This document shows, piece by piece, positions 10,398 to 20,192 of a DNA stretch of 64,000 nucleotides. The notes beneath the pieces are model-generated. The model was not told where the DNA came from, did no database searches, and worked only from the letters and a program-made list of their open reading frames with translations. This DNA comes from an uncultured virus (IMG/VR IMGVR_UViG_3300017971_000238). Lineage: Duplodnaviria; Heunggongvirae; Uroviricota; Caudoviricetes. Position 1 is the stretch's first letter, and each line of letters begins with the position of its first letter. The position numbers were made by a program, and so were the translations under genes. Where the stretch lies: the IMG/VR virus record IMGVR_UViG_3300017971_000238; one strand, 5' to 3'.

Positions 10398-12457
10398 GTT
10401 ATTTTTGACCTGTGTCTTTTCTTCACGTCTAATTGTAAACGGGGAGTATTTATATTTAGGTGTGGAACCATGTATCCCACGACACGTTCCTCGTGATGGA
10501 TGGTCTCGTGCTTGCCACATTTGGGGCAATACTCGTGTATGCCAACGAACTCCTCGTCATTTTGATACTTTGGACTGCACTCGCTGCAAACAGTCCATCC
10601 GTGACTTACACAAAATTGATTAATACTATAGTCACTCTTCTCCATTACCGCACGATGAAACTTCACAGATTGCTCCGGGGACATCATCTTGTTTAGCGAG
10701 AGGAATGTCATCGATCCCCCTGTTAACTGCTTAGAGAGGCGTCCTTCTACACGCACCCTGTCCCATATGGAGCATTCTTCTTCAAGAGGAACAAACTGGT
10801 TTGAATATTGCTTGTCTCCAAAGAAAGAAGCCATCACGTAGCTCGCGGATTCCGCGGGAACCTGTTCGACGTTGAATGCCATGTAGATACCGTCCTTTGT
10901 CCATGCGGGTTTGTTGAACATCGTACCGTACTTGTTGAACTCGTGGACTATATGTGCCATTAACCATTCACCAAGGCGCATTCCACGATCCTCCATCACG
11001 TCTTCACCAAGCAAGTACACGACATCTGGAGCACCATGCACACCACCAGTGGAGAATAACATGTTCGGGTGAAGCCAAGGGCCTATCAATATATCGTTTT
11101 TCTTGATGGGTCTTCCTATCTGGTCTATGAAATGTGAGAAAAACTTGTTGTAACCGATGTCAAATCTCCTGCCAAGCATCCCGTGTTTATGGGAGTATAG
11201 TGTTTTCGCGGACCATTCTATGGTATCATCCATCAGTTTCCTGAAATGTTTGAGCATGTTCGTCTTATCTTCAACGGTGTGTGCAATGCCGGGAAGGTTT
11301 TGTGTTATTACCCTATGGGAGCCAATCTTGAGACCACCGCTCCCATTGGAGTAAAACTTGAACTTTGCCATTTGTTTCCAATCAGAGAGAAGCCTGCAAC
11401 ACGAGGAGAACATCTCCGCGTGGCAGATGTTGAACACTCCCTTATGGTTGAGGCCCATGATGTAGTTCCACCATGGAGTTCCCACGTCAGATGGTTTAAA
11501 GTTAGCGGTGATTACAGGGAACCTGTACTGGACACCACCTTTCGACGGGTCTCCACGATACATGAACTCCGCGATGACCTGCTGGATTTTCATTATCGTG
11601 TCGAGGTGATCAAGCACCTTGCTACCATCCGGGAATACGTAGTTGTCAAACATATCGGCCACCACTGCAGGGGAATTGATGGATATGTTCGTGTAAGGCG
11701 GGTCACCATCGGCACGGTACTTATTATGCACGATGTGTACCGCATGTTGCCAAGACTGTTCCACACTCACAAGGCTATGTTTCGTGACGAGCCTTTGGAA
11801 TTCTTCCCAGTTATCTCCCACCAGTTTATAGAGTTTGTTGTACAGATCGCCAGATTTCATCGGTATACGTTCCTTGTCGACATAATATGCCATGCAAGGT
11901 ATCCAATCAGACACGGCGACGGCACCGGCAAATTCACCACTTAGGTTCATGATGTATTCCACTACCTGTCCCATGAACGCGGTGAAATGTTTTGGAGGTA
12001 TGCCTCGAACGTCTGCATATGGTCTACCCTCAAGCATTATATCCATCGCGGATACGCCAATGCAATATGGACGGTCAAGCTTCGTGCTATCGTGCATGTA
12101 AGCAAGCCCGTGAAAAATAGGATCGAGATTGTAATCCTCCCCGAAGTATCTTCTTCCGTCATCAAACAGTTCTTCAAAGTCTACGAACTTCAACCATGGT
12201 TTAGCCAGTTCCGATGCTCGGTTAGTTGTGGACTTTCTATTGCCCACGTTTGCATTGTAATCCTTGGTCAAGTGCTCCAAATCGTCACGGAGATACCTGC
12301 GTAAAAAATCCAAGGGGGACTCCGTAGGGAACCCGAGAATCTCAAGAACGTTATCATCGAACTGGTCCACGTATCGTTCAAAATCCGTCCTGTTTCCAGT
12401 TTCCCATTTAGATGTGATTCTGGAAAGTATGTTTTCTGCCATTACCATAATTATCAT
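10391..12457 (-). CDS. nrdD: Anaerobic (class III) ribonucleoside-triphosphate reductase
   Basis: PYC, EFAGA, SCCRL catalytic Cys, C-terminal CxxC...CxxC Zn site and RVVGY glycyl-radical loop. Confidence 0.92.
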   Translation of the reverse strand: MIIMVMAENILSRITSKWETGNRTDFERYVDQFDDNVLEILGFPTESPLDFLRRYLRDDLEHLTKDYNANVGNRKSTTNRASELAKPWLKFVDFEELFDDGRRYFGEDYNLDPIFHGLAYMHDSTKLDRPYCIGVSAMDIMLEGRPYADVRGIPPKHFTAFMGQVVEYIMNLSGEFAGAVAVSDWIPCMAYYVDKERIPMKSGDLYNKLYKLVGDNWEEFQRLVTKHSLVSVEQSWQHAVHIVHNKYRADGDPPYTNISINSPAVVADMFDNYVFPDGSKVLDHLDTIMKIQQVIAEFMYRGDPSKGGVQYRFPVITANFKPSDVGTPWWNYIMGLNHKGVFNICHAEMFSSCCRLLSDWKQMAKFKFYSNGSGGLKIGSHRVITQNLPGIAHTVEDKTNMLKHFRKLMDDTIEWSAKTLYSHKHGMLGRRFDIGYNKFFSHFIDQIGRPIKKNDILIGPWLHPNMLFSTGGVHGAPDVVYLLGEDVMEDRGMRLGEWLMAHIVHEFNKYGTMFNKPAWTKDGIYMAFNVEQVPAESASYVMASFFGDKQYSNQFVPLEEECSIWDRVRVEGRLSKQLTGGSMTFLSLNKMMSPEQSVKFHRAVMEKSDYSINQFCVSHGWTVCSECSPKYQNDEEFVGIHEYCPKCGKHETIHHEERVVGYMVPHLNINTPRLQLDVKKRHRSKITW

Positions 12458-12512
12458 CCAAGCGGCGTGAACCTAATAGAATAAAAATGTATTTTAGTAG
12501 AGGAAATCTACT

Positions 12513-12527
12513 TATTTAAATTTTCCG
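12513..12527 (-). promoter_or_regulatory. Archaeal-type BRE-TATA promoter for nrdD
   Basis: Minus strand CGGAAAATTTAAATA in the intergenic gap upstream of nrdD. Confidence 0.55.
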
Positions 12528-12532
12528 ACGGT

Positions 12533-12919
12533 TTAGGATATTTTGTCGTGTATCAGCCGGTTTATTTTCTCCAACCTACCACGAAATACCCCACTCTTCC
12601 ACATCTTCTGTAACGAGGGCCATACTTCATCCCACACGTCTATTAGAGTTTCGTCACGCACCTCTAACATGGCCCTTACATCTTTCTTGAAAGCCTCGTA
12701 TCTTCTCGCTTCTTCCTTCCATTTGGCAAGCATCTCTTCCTTGAACTGCACGAATTGCTCTGGCCAGTACTTGTTTAATACGTCGAGTAATATCTTCTCA
12801 TCTACCACTGGTTGAGGTTTTGGCTTTCTCTCTTTTGGCTTCTTCTCCGTAATATCGTTCTCTTCTTTATCCACTTCAGGTTCATCCATGGAACCGTAGT
12901 TGCTGAAATCGAATCCCAT
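12533..12919 (-). CDS. Hypothetical protein
   Basis: 128-aa ORF with GGTGAT SD-like site upstream. Confidence 0.55.
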   Translation of the reverse strand: MGFDFSNYGSMDEPEVDKEENDITEKKPKERKPKPQPVVDEKILLDVLNKYWPEQFVQFKEEMLAKWKEEARRYEAFKKDVRAMLEVRDETLIDVWDEVWPSLQKMWKSGVFRGRLEKINRLIHDKIS

Positions 12920-12923
12920 TATA

Positions 12924-13205
12924 TCACCAGTTTCCGGTTTCTTCCAGTGTTTTCTTTAACTTGTTTCTCATCTGGATGATCCCTGTCCTTACCTTGTAAT
13001 CCTCGTTGGCATTTCCGGTACGGACAGAGAGATTATCGAGATCCTTCCACACTTCTCGCATGGTATCTCTCATCGCTCTCATATCTACCATGCATCCAAG
13101 CGCTGCCTCGAATCCCTTCATCTCCACCATCAGGGTCTCTATTATCCTTCCATGTCCTTCCACGATGGCCTGCAGTTCATCCACGTTTTTCTTCTCGCTA
13201 ACCAT
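12924..13205 (-). CDS. Hypothetical coiled-coil protein
   Basis: 93-aa ORF with GAGGTG SD, overlapping the upstream gene. Confidence 0.5.
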   Translation of the reverse strand: MVSEKKNVDELQAIVEGHGRIIETLMVEMKGFEAALGCMVDMRAMRDTMREVWKDLDNLSVRTGNANEDYKVRTGIIQMRNKLKKTLEETGNW

Positions 13206-13479
13206 TTTTCAACACCTCGTTTCTTATTATCTTGTCAAGGAGGGTTGCTTCCTCCTTGTTGAAATCCATTTTAATCCTCTTCTTGATAAATATCTTGCAC
13301 ATCTTCACCAGTATACCATGTTCAATGCCATCGCTGCCACCACTTCCAGTCTCCTTATCTCTCAAGGCCTTGAAAGCGCGTTCTATGAATTCCGTCTTCG
13401 TTTCATGCTTGCCCTTGAATTGCATGAACACCGGGTCTATTCGTCCTTCGACTCTGATTTTTGCTGAAATTTCCACCAC
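13198..13479 (-). CDS. Putative ribbon-helix-helix DNA-binding protein
   Basis: Beta-strand then ETKTEFIERAFKAL pattern. Confidence 0.4.
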   Translation of the reverse strand: MVEISAKIRVEGRIDPVFMQFKGKHETKTEFIERAFKALRDKETGSGGSDGIEHGILVKMCKIFIKKRIKMDFNKEEATLLDKIIRNEVLKNG

Positions 13480-13560
13480 CTACACCTGTCGCACTGGATG
13501 ATGTACCGATCCAGTGTCTTCGTCACCTTGTATAATTTAACTACCATCTTGCCTCCACAT

Positions 13561-14343
13561 TTAGGGCAACTCGTGTCCTTCGAGGTCATACATCTTCACC
13601 TTATCCCTATCACATCCAGCGCACTCGTGCCTTACACCACACATCATTGCCATGTCCAGTTTCTTGAATGTCACGTCGAAGATGTTTCCAAGTTTGGTGC
13701 TTTTTCTTAGGCATGTTCTCACGCTACCGTCCGGGTAGATCACGCAATGGTCACTACCAGCGGTGCAAAGCACCTGCATTTTCTCAAGGGGTTTCCTGTC
13801 CTTGCCAACCGTTCCGAATACAATTTCCTTCTCTTCTTCCGTGTAATCATACCCGGAACACGGGTCTTTATGAAACCTCACGTCTATCTTTTCCGCCATC
13901 ATCTCGTACTTGTCCATGTCTCCCATCTGCGGGGGATACATCACGAAGTTTATGGCAGTGCCGTTTGCATATTCCTTGGCACGTTCCACCTTCTCGAAGA
14001 ATTCCAACGTTTCCATCTTCTGCGTCGGGTGAAGCGAGCATGTCAACGAGTTCAGCTTGCCTTTTTCCACGTGGGATAGTTTCTCCACGTCGAACGTGAG
14101 GTTCGTGGTCATGGAGATCATGTTCTTCTTCGATAGCAATCCTATCATCGGGAAGAAGTCCTTCACGACGCTCGGCTCACCACCGGTGAAATCTATCCAG
14201 TCATCCTCGAAGTTCTCCGATAGGGCCTTGTACCATTCCTTTCCATCGTGCATGGGATACTTTTTCAATTCCTCGTCGCCACGTTGCCAGCAATACGGGC
14301 ACTTGTTATTGCAGTTAAACGTTATGAATATCAACACGTTCAT
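13561..14343 (-). CDS. Radical SAM protein with C-terminal SPASM/twitch domain
   Basis: CNNKCPYC, TGGEP, CTAG...IYPDGSVRTC...C...C. Confidence 0.85.
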   Translation of the reverse strand: MNVLIFITFNCNNKCPYCWQRGDEELKKYPMHDGKEWYKALSENFEDDWIDFTGGEPSVVKDFFPMIGLLSKKNMISMTTNLTFDVEKLSHVEKGKLNSLTCSLHPTQKMETLEFFEKVERAKEYANGTAINFVMYPPQMGDMDKYEMMAEKIDVRFHKDPCSGYDYTEEEKEIVFGTVGKDRKPLEKMQVLCTAGSDHCVIYPDGSVRTCLRKSTKLGNIFDVTFKKLDMAMMCGVRHECAGCDRDKVKMYDLEGHELP

Positions 14344-14506
14344 GCCAATTCCTCCTTTATATCAAGTATTATCTCGTCCAAGGTGATGGTGGTGTTACCG
14401 AGCCTGATGGTACACACGTCTATTTTCTCCAGAACGTATGGCGTGTTTATTTCAAGATGACCCCAGTATTCCCCACCATTCTCCTCGAACCTTATCGTGT
14501 ATTTGT

Positions 14507-14701
14507 TCATTTTTTTATCACCACTGCATCTTGACTATAATGAGATTTAAGAAATTCTTCCGCTTCTTCCTTTACATGGAACGTATGAAATTCTTCATTG
14601 CCATGCCATCCACAATAATACACTCCAAATGGAAGCAACATTATATCTCTAAATTTTTTCAATTGTTTATTATTTATAGTCATCTTCTCACCTCGAACCA
14701 T
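14507..14701 (-). CDS. Hypothetical protein
   Basis: Short ORF tiling the operon. Confidence 0.4.
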   Translation of the reverse strand: MVRGEKMTINNKQLKKFRDIMLLPFGVYYCGWHGNEEFHTFHVKEEAEEFLKSHYSQDAVVIKK

Positions 14702-15429
14702 GGAACCGATCTTAGTATTTCCTCGAACCCCTCGTTGTGGCCATATACACCACCTTCACCAAGGAGCTCGCCGTGGTCTGCCGTGATGACCACCTTCCCC
14801 TGTATCAAGTCTATGAACTTCTCTATCCACTCAAACGCGTATGCAAGATTTTCCATGTACATGACTTTTGGAATATCCCACCCGTTCTTGTTACCGTAAC
14901 TGGTTACCTTCTCGTAGGCGGTCATGTTTCCCTCTCCTTCCGTGGTATGAGGGTTAATCACGTCCAGTTGTTGCATGAACTTCTTGCCGTTCCTGCCCAA
15001 GAAAGGGAGATGGGGAGGAATTATGTGGACTAGGAATTTCTCGTTTGGATACAGGTCTTGGTATTCCAGCAATTTCTTGAAGTTCTTTTCTGGATATATC
15101 CAGTCTTTCCTGTTCTTGTCGAAGAAGCCGTATGGACGCTTGAATCTCTTGTGGATGGAGAATTCCTCAAGCCAGAGTATACCATGACCCGAGATGAGAT
15201 TCACGTCGTTCTCCATCTTCCAGTTGTTGTTGTACCACATGGCTGTATGGAGGGCTTGTGAATCTACCTGCGAGTACTGGCCAAGAATGTCGAGCTGCCC
15301 TGCAGAGACCAGCTTCTCGAACGTGTCGAACCGGCAGGCGTCAAGGACGATCATCACGTCCCAATCCATGCCGGATATGAGATCTTTTTGTAGCATCATT
15401 CTATGTTCACCTGATGTTGCGGGAGCCAA
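14680..15429 (-). CDS. Alkaline phosphatase/sulfatase-superfamily enzyme
   Basis: WDVMIVLDACRFD, PPHLPF, ITADHGELLGE...GH metal-binding motifs. Confidence 0.75.
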   Translation of the reverse strand: MAPATSGEHRMMLQKDLISGMDWDVMIVLDACRFDTFEKLVSAGQLDILGQYSQVDSQALHTAMWYNNNWKMENDVNLISGHGILWLEEFSIHKRFKRPYGFFDKNRKDWIYPEKNFKKLLEYQDLYPNEKFLVHIIPPHLPFLGRNGKKFMQQLDVINPHTTEGEGNMTAYEKVTSYGNKNGWDIPKVMYMENLAYAFEWIEKFIDLIQGKVVITADHGELLGEGGVYGHNEGFEEILRSVPWFEVRR

Positions 15430-16478
15430 ACCATTTCAGGTCCATACTTGTTTATCAATGCTTCCACGTACATCTGCCGTGTCATGCCAGACTCAAACCT
15501 TTCATCTGGTAGGGTTCCCTTGTTTGCGTTGTAATCCTTCCATGTCAACACCGTGGTTCTTAGCGGGAGATTGTGGTGCATCGTGGAGAGATTCTCGATA
15601 AAGTTCACGATCTTCTCGTTCACTTCCCATGGATTGGAGGGAAGCATGACCTCTGGAACGCTGAAAAATATATCAAATTGTAATGCCCTGCAGTCAACGA
15701 ATAACTGGTGCGCATTATCCCACTGTTCTTGATATTTCCCCTCGTTCTCACCAGTTAACCAGTGGAAATCCTCGAACGATATGCCCTTGAAACATCCGGA
15801 AATGCCAATGTTATAGAAATTAAGCTCGTCCATCTCGATCATGAAGTCCATGTATTCCGTGCCAAGAAGGTTCGTTTCTATCCATATGTACGGGTTGCAC
15901 CTCGGGGTTTTAATGATCTCCTTTATAATGAGTATTATCGCATCACTGTTAAGGAATACTTCTCCACCACTAATCCGCAAGACGCCCGTGTGTCCCATCA
16001 CTTTCATGAACGTGGATATTATTTCTTGGGGATGCACGTACTTGGCATTCTTACCATCTATCAATTCTCTATCAACATAACATCCCTTACAGTTGAGGTT
16101 GCAGTATGGTAGTTGCACGGTGAATACCCGGTTCACGTGGTTCCACGTGAGGTCCATGAGGCCTCCTATATCCATTAGTCTACTGCGCGCCACCATGTAC
16201 GGTTCAGAGAAGTCCCTGTACCTGTGGTGATGCATCATCTGTTGCGGTTTTATGTAGTTCTTCACGCGGTAGAAATCCTGTATCTCGAAACTCGCGTCCT
16301 TTTCCATCTCGCTTCCCTTGAAATGGGTCAAGAGAATCTTACCATCTTTAACTACTTTCATTTTCTCTCGTACTCCTTGTTGAATCTTTTTATTTCCGTG
16401 TGTAGTATGTCCGAAAGGACCTCGATGATCAGGTTCCAGTTCTCCTCGCCTGCTATGACATCGTACATGGCAGCACAT
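15396..16478 (-). CDS. Radical SAM protein (likely start near MKVVKDG)
   Basis: CNLNCKGCYVD, RISGGE, IETN motifs. Confidence 0.75.
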   Translation of the reverse strand: MCCHVRCHSRRGELEPDHRGPFGHTTHGNKKIQQGVREKMKVVKDGKILLTHFKGSEMEKDASFEIQDFYRVKNYIKPQQMMHHHRYRDFSEPYMVARSRLMDIGGLMDLTWNHVNRVFTVQLPYCNLNCKGCYVDRELIDGKNAKYVHPQEIISTFMKVMGHTGVLRISGGEVFLNSDAIILIIKEIIKTPRCNPYIWIETNLLGTEYMDFMIEMDELNFYNIGISGCFKGISFEDFHWLTGENEGKYQEQWDNAHQLFVDCRALQFDIFFSVPEVMLPSNPWEVNEKIVNFIENLSTMHHNLPLRTTVLTWKDYNANKGTLPDERFESGMTRQMYVEALINKYGPEMVWLPQHQVNIE

Positions 16479-16540
16479 AGTTCCCGTTTCCTCTTGTCCC
16501 TTTCAACATCTTCATTTGTCCGTTGGATCATTTCCATCAC
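16358..16540 (-). CDS. Small hypothetical protein
   Basis: 60 aa; overlapping stop/start tiling. Confidence 0.4.
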   Translation of the reverse strand: MMEMIQRTNEDVERDKRKRELCAAMYDVIAGEENWNLIIEVLSDILHTEIKRFNKEYERK

Positions 16541-16767
16541 TTTTTAAATTCTATGGTAACCTCTCCTTCATCGTGTCCATCACGCAAGAGATTTTCGAGA
16601 CTTTCGTCATTGATGAATCCAACGAGATGGTCGAAACAGCAGAACTCGTAACACTCGTAATCGTGGTCATCGTAATCCCTCGTCTCTATGGTGATGGTGT
16701 TGTTTTTATTCTTCACGTCCTTATCGCAACCAGAATAATCGCATTTATACCAGCTCATGGGTTCCAT
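16537..16767 (-). CDS. Small Cys-containing hypothetical protein
   Basis: CDYSGC...FCCFDHL. Confidence 0.45.
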   Translation of the reverse strand: MEPMSWYKCDYSGCDKDVKNKNNTITIETRDYDDHDYECYEFCCFDHLVGFINDESLENLLRDGHDEGEVTIEFKK

Positions 16768-16927
16768 CCTCTTTTCGTGTTATCGTCATGTTGTCCCTTA
16801 TCTTGCCACACTTCGGGCATTTCACAATGATCGTGACTGTAACATGGTAATCGTGGTCACATGCATTTCTCTTGGCCGCGATCTTCTCCATGTGTTCATC
16901 AATCATCCCGAGTTCCAGTATCGGCAT
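16745..16927 (-). CDS. Small Zn-ribbon protein
   Basis: CDH...CPKCG. Confidence 0.4.
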   Translation of the reverse strand: MPILELGMIDEHMEKIAAKRNACDHDYHVTVTIIVKCPKCGKIRDNMTITRKEDGTHELV

Positions 16928-18029
16928 GTGTTTCCACCAGTTCGATTATTTGCTTGGCGGCTTTCTCCCAAGTGAATTCTTCACGTATCTTGACCGCTTC
17001 CCTCACGCGGGATGTTACATCTCTACCACCATTGAAGACGCTTCGCATGGCGGCCTTCATCCCGTCGATCCTTGGAGGGCGGTGCTTGAACCACGGTTCC
17101 ACGAGCGGTTCAAGGATGTTATGCCCGATAATCTGCCACTCCTCGACGGGAACGATGAAGGAGTTCTTGTCGTTCATGAATTCCATGTTGCCGCCATTAC
17201 TCGATCCTATCGTCGGGAGGCCACAGGCCATCGCCTCGCTTAACGTTTCACCCCATCCCTCGCCCGAGCTGCACGATATATACCCGTCCGCCGCCCTGTA
17301 TAACGTAGACATGTCGTCTACATAACTTTTAAGCAAGAACACGTTCGCATCTCCCACTAGATCGGAGATAACGTGTGTTATCGCTTCGAGATTTGAATAT
17401 GTCTTGAGGATGAGGCACACGTCCTCGTTTTTGTCGAATTCTTCCACGAATGCTTTGATAAGTCTGGCACCACATTTCCTTTCCACCCACTCAAACACAC
17501 TGAGGAATTTGAATTTTGGAAGTGGCTTGGGCTTCATGATCTGTACTAAGAACTCCTGACCGTCAACTTGTTGCGGTTCGCCATCAGGCTCTTGTTCTCC
17601 CATGAGAAGCTCGAATTCTACCTTGTCTCCTTCGGGGGAGAACTTCGGGTCGATGCCATGATGCACTACGTGTATCTTTTCAGGGGGACATATGCTTGAA
17701 AGCGACCGCTTGCTATACTCCGAGGGCGTCATGATGAACTTGTCACGACGAAGCAAGGGTCCCCATTCCGCTGGTGCCTGATCCATCTCGTAGACCGTGT
17801 AATGCGCATCCGCCCTGTGGACGGGTATCTCGTGACAGATATGGAAATATCCGGTATCATCCTTGGTTGCTGTCTCGGCCATCCACGAGTGGCTAACTGG
17901 AAACACGTTCTCGAAATCATCACATATGAGATCGACATCTGCATCCCTGAGTGCCGTGCAGTATGCCCTCGTTGCCACCGAATAACCGGAATTGCCACGC
18001 ATGTGCGCGGACCATTTAATATTTGCCAA
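16899..18029 (-). CDS. Glycosyltransferase family 4 (GT-B)
   Basis: SGY N-terminus, RKC, EGWGETLSEAMACG (Ex7E) motif. Confidence 0.88.
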   Translation of the reverse strand: MANIKWSAHMRGNSGYSVATRAYCTALRDADVDLICDDFENVFPVSHSWMAETATKDDTGYFHICHEIPVHRADAHYTVYEMDQAPAEWGPLLRRDKFIMTPSEYSKRSLSSICPPEKIHVVHHGIDPKFSPEGDKVEFELLMGEQEPDGEPQQVDGQEFLVQIMKPKPLPKFKFLSVFEWVERKCGARLIKAFVEEFDKNEDVCLILKTYSNLEAITHVISDLVGDANVFLLKSYVDDMSTLYRAADGYISCSSGEGWGETLSEAMACGLPTIGSSNGGNMEFMNDKNSFIVPVEEWQIIGHNILEPLVEPWFKHRPPRIDGMKAAMRSVFNGGRDVTSRVREAVKIREEFTWEKAAKQIIELVETHADTGTRDD

Positions 18030-18246
18030 TTCTTTTCACCTTTATCATTACCTTCATTTCGCCTTTGTCCACTACATTGTCCAGTATCTCTCGTAAAATA
18101 TCCACGTGTTTTCTGGAAAGCATCGGAATAATAGTGATACTTTCCATGTCCATCGCCAGCGTTTCCACGGGAATGTCCAATACTTCCCAATATTCTCCAT
18201 CACGTACATCCATGGTCAATATTTTATCATTTTCCCAGTTTGCCAT
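18016..18246 (-). CDS. Hypothetical protein
   Basis: 76 aa, translationally coupled to neighbours. Confidence 0.45.
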   Translation of the reverse strand: MANWENDKILTMDVRDGEYWEVLDIPVETLAMDMESITIIPMLSRKHVDILREILDNVVDKGEMKVMIKVKRIGKY

Positions 18247-18686
18247 TAGAATCCACCTACATCATGTGCTTTATTTTCTTCTCTTGGTATGTGTTTCACG
18301 AGTATTTCCACGTCCTTGTTTGGATCGTTGCAGATCCTGCCCATGATTTCCCATATCTTTGCACGTATCACTTGTATGTGATCAAAGTTGCACTTCCACT
18401 TGTCGCCTATCCAGTTCTGGGCGAGCTTGCTGTCCGTATGCAAGACCACGCGCACGTATTCATCACGAAATATTTCCTTTTCAAGCCATTTCATGGCCTC
18501 GAGGATACCAAGCATCTCGGCCGTGTTGTTGGTGCCTACTTCGTCACCGGAATTAAAGCTCTTGATGGTGGGGCGATGTATATTTCCAACCTCATCTGAT
18601 ATGAATCCCCACCGCATCGGTCCGGGATTTCCAGATGCCCCTCCATCTGTCCATATACTAATTTGTCTAGGCAGTTGCACGTACAT
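18246..18686 (-). CDS. rnhA: Ribonuclease HI
   Basis: TDGGASGNPG, TNNTAE, TDSKL, HIPREEN...D. Confidence 0.9.
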   Translation of the reverse strand: MYVQLPRQISIWTDGGASGNPGPMRWGFISDEVGNIHRPTIKSFNSGDEVGTNNTAEMLGILEAMKWLEKEIFRDEYVRVVLHTDSKLAQNWIGDKWKCNFDHIQVIRAKIWEIMGRICNDPNKDVEILVKHIPREENKAHDVGGF

Positions 18687-19857
18687 CCTTTATCCCAACC
18701 TCCTTGACCATGCATCTCTTGAATACTTCCTGCCACTTGGCCGTCACGACCTCGCGGGAGCAATGCTTCAACACCCAATCCCTGAAAGCAGATCCCATCT
18801 TGAACGCCTCCATCTCGTCATCGAGCAGGTAGTCCACGTTCACCGCAAACTCCCTGCAATCCGGAATGGGACGTTGAACACCAAGCATCTTCCTTGCGGT
18901 TTTTGGCATGATGGCAAAACCATGCTTTCCCCCATTACTAAACTCTTCCGTCGTGGTGTAATCGGTCATCACGAATGGTTTCTCGCATAGACCTGCCTCA
19001 CAAACTGGCATTCCAAACCCTTCACCGGAATGCGCGGAAACGAACACATCGGCCACGTTATACACCTTGTTCAATTCCTCCTTGGAAACGCCCGTGTGCC
19101 ACTGCATGTTAGGGGTCCATCGCACGAAATTCATTATATCCCTCGTGACGCATTCTATTATTGGCTCGCTGCTCCTCGTGATGTCCATGGGATCGCTATG
19201 CAAGAGAAGAACGAAATCATCCCTCTTCTTCCTGAGATGTTGGACCATGCCATACAACGCCTCGATGTTTTTTCTTGGGAACATCCTTCCAACATACAGG
19301 AGTACTTTCTTGTTTGGAGGAATGCCAAGTACTTCCTTCTTGTACTTGTCCACGTCTTTTTGTGGAAGCGGTTTGAATGCCACGTCATCTATATAACAGG
19401 GTATCCTGTCTATCTCGTATCCATGATCCCTTACCAGTTGTTGCGTGTTCTTGGACTGTGTTACAGGGAATTCAGCCATGTTTATCGTCCTTTCTATACT
19501 TGGTATCCACTCCTCGTTGTCCCACGGGAACCAGCAAATTCTAGGCCACCTGCTTTTCTTTTCAAGTGATAGATTCAACCACTGGCAATCCTCTATCATG
19601 AAGATGCAATCCGGTTTTATATCACTCGCCACGGTATATAGGTTCTTTGCCACGTGTTTCTCGTGGCCACCACCGGGATACTCCAAGTACTGTACCACGC
19701 CTGTATTCTTCGGGGTAGCTTTTCCTTTTTCCATTCCAAGCGCCATGTAATGCCAGTCAAATCCATTGAACTCTTCCATTAACATCCTCGCAAGTATGGA
19801 ATAGCTCGTGTTAATGATCTGCCAATCTGCGCTGATTTCTACTCTAAATTGTCTCAT
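18667..19857 (-). CDS. Glycosyltransferase family 4 (GT-B)
   Basis: VGRMFPRKN, YNVADVFV, EGFGMPVCEA. Confidence 0.88.
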   Translation of the reverse strand: MRQFRVEISADWQIINTSYSILARMLMEEFNGFDWHYMALGMEKGKATPKNTGVVQYLEYPGGGHEKHVAKNLYTVASDIKPDCIFMIEDCQWLNLSLEKKSRWPRICWFPWDNEEWIPSIERTINMAEFPVTQSKNTQQLVRDHGYEIDRIPCYIDDVAFKPLPQKDVDKYKKEVLGIPPNKKVLLYVGRMFPRKNIEALYGMVQHLRKKRDDFVLLLHSDPMDITRSSEPIIECVTRDIMNFVRWTPNMQWHTGVSKEELNKVYNVADVFVSAHSGEGFGMPVCEAGLCEKPFVMTDYTTTEEFSNGGKHGFAIMPKTARKMLGVQRPIPDCREFAVNVDYLLDDEMEAFKMGSAFRDWVLKHCSREVVTAKWQEVFKRCMVKEVGIKDVRATA

Positions 19858-20192
19858 TTTCTTTCTGCCGGGTTTACTTGTTGCACGTTGTACGCATTCG
19901 TGTAACTATCCTTTCGTATCTTTATGCCATAATCCAAGCAATACTTTCTAAACGTACCGTTATCTGGATTCCCAACCAACTCTCTCATTACCGTTCCCGG
20001 ATACACCCAGTGTTCCGTGTTATTCATCCTGAATAATTTAAGCATGTTCCTGCAAAAATCCTGCGCTATCTGTTTCCATGTCCTTCCACCCCTTGCCTTC
20101 TTTTCCATGGACTTCGGCACAGGTATATGCCTCGTGTATATCTTATTCCTGCGTTTTTCCATTATCTTTTTAAGGTCTTCCATATCTACCAC
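19854..20192 (-). CDS. Hypothetical basic protein
   Basis: 112 aa, tiling. Confidence 0.45.
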   Translation of the reverse strand: MVDMEDLKKIMEKRRNKIYTRHIPVPKSMEKKARGGRTWKQIAQDFCRNMLKLFRMNNTEHWVYPGTVMRELVGNPDNGTFRKYCLDYGIKIRKDSYTNAYNVQQVNPAERK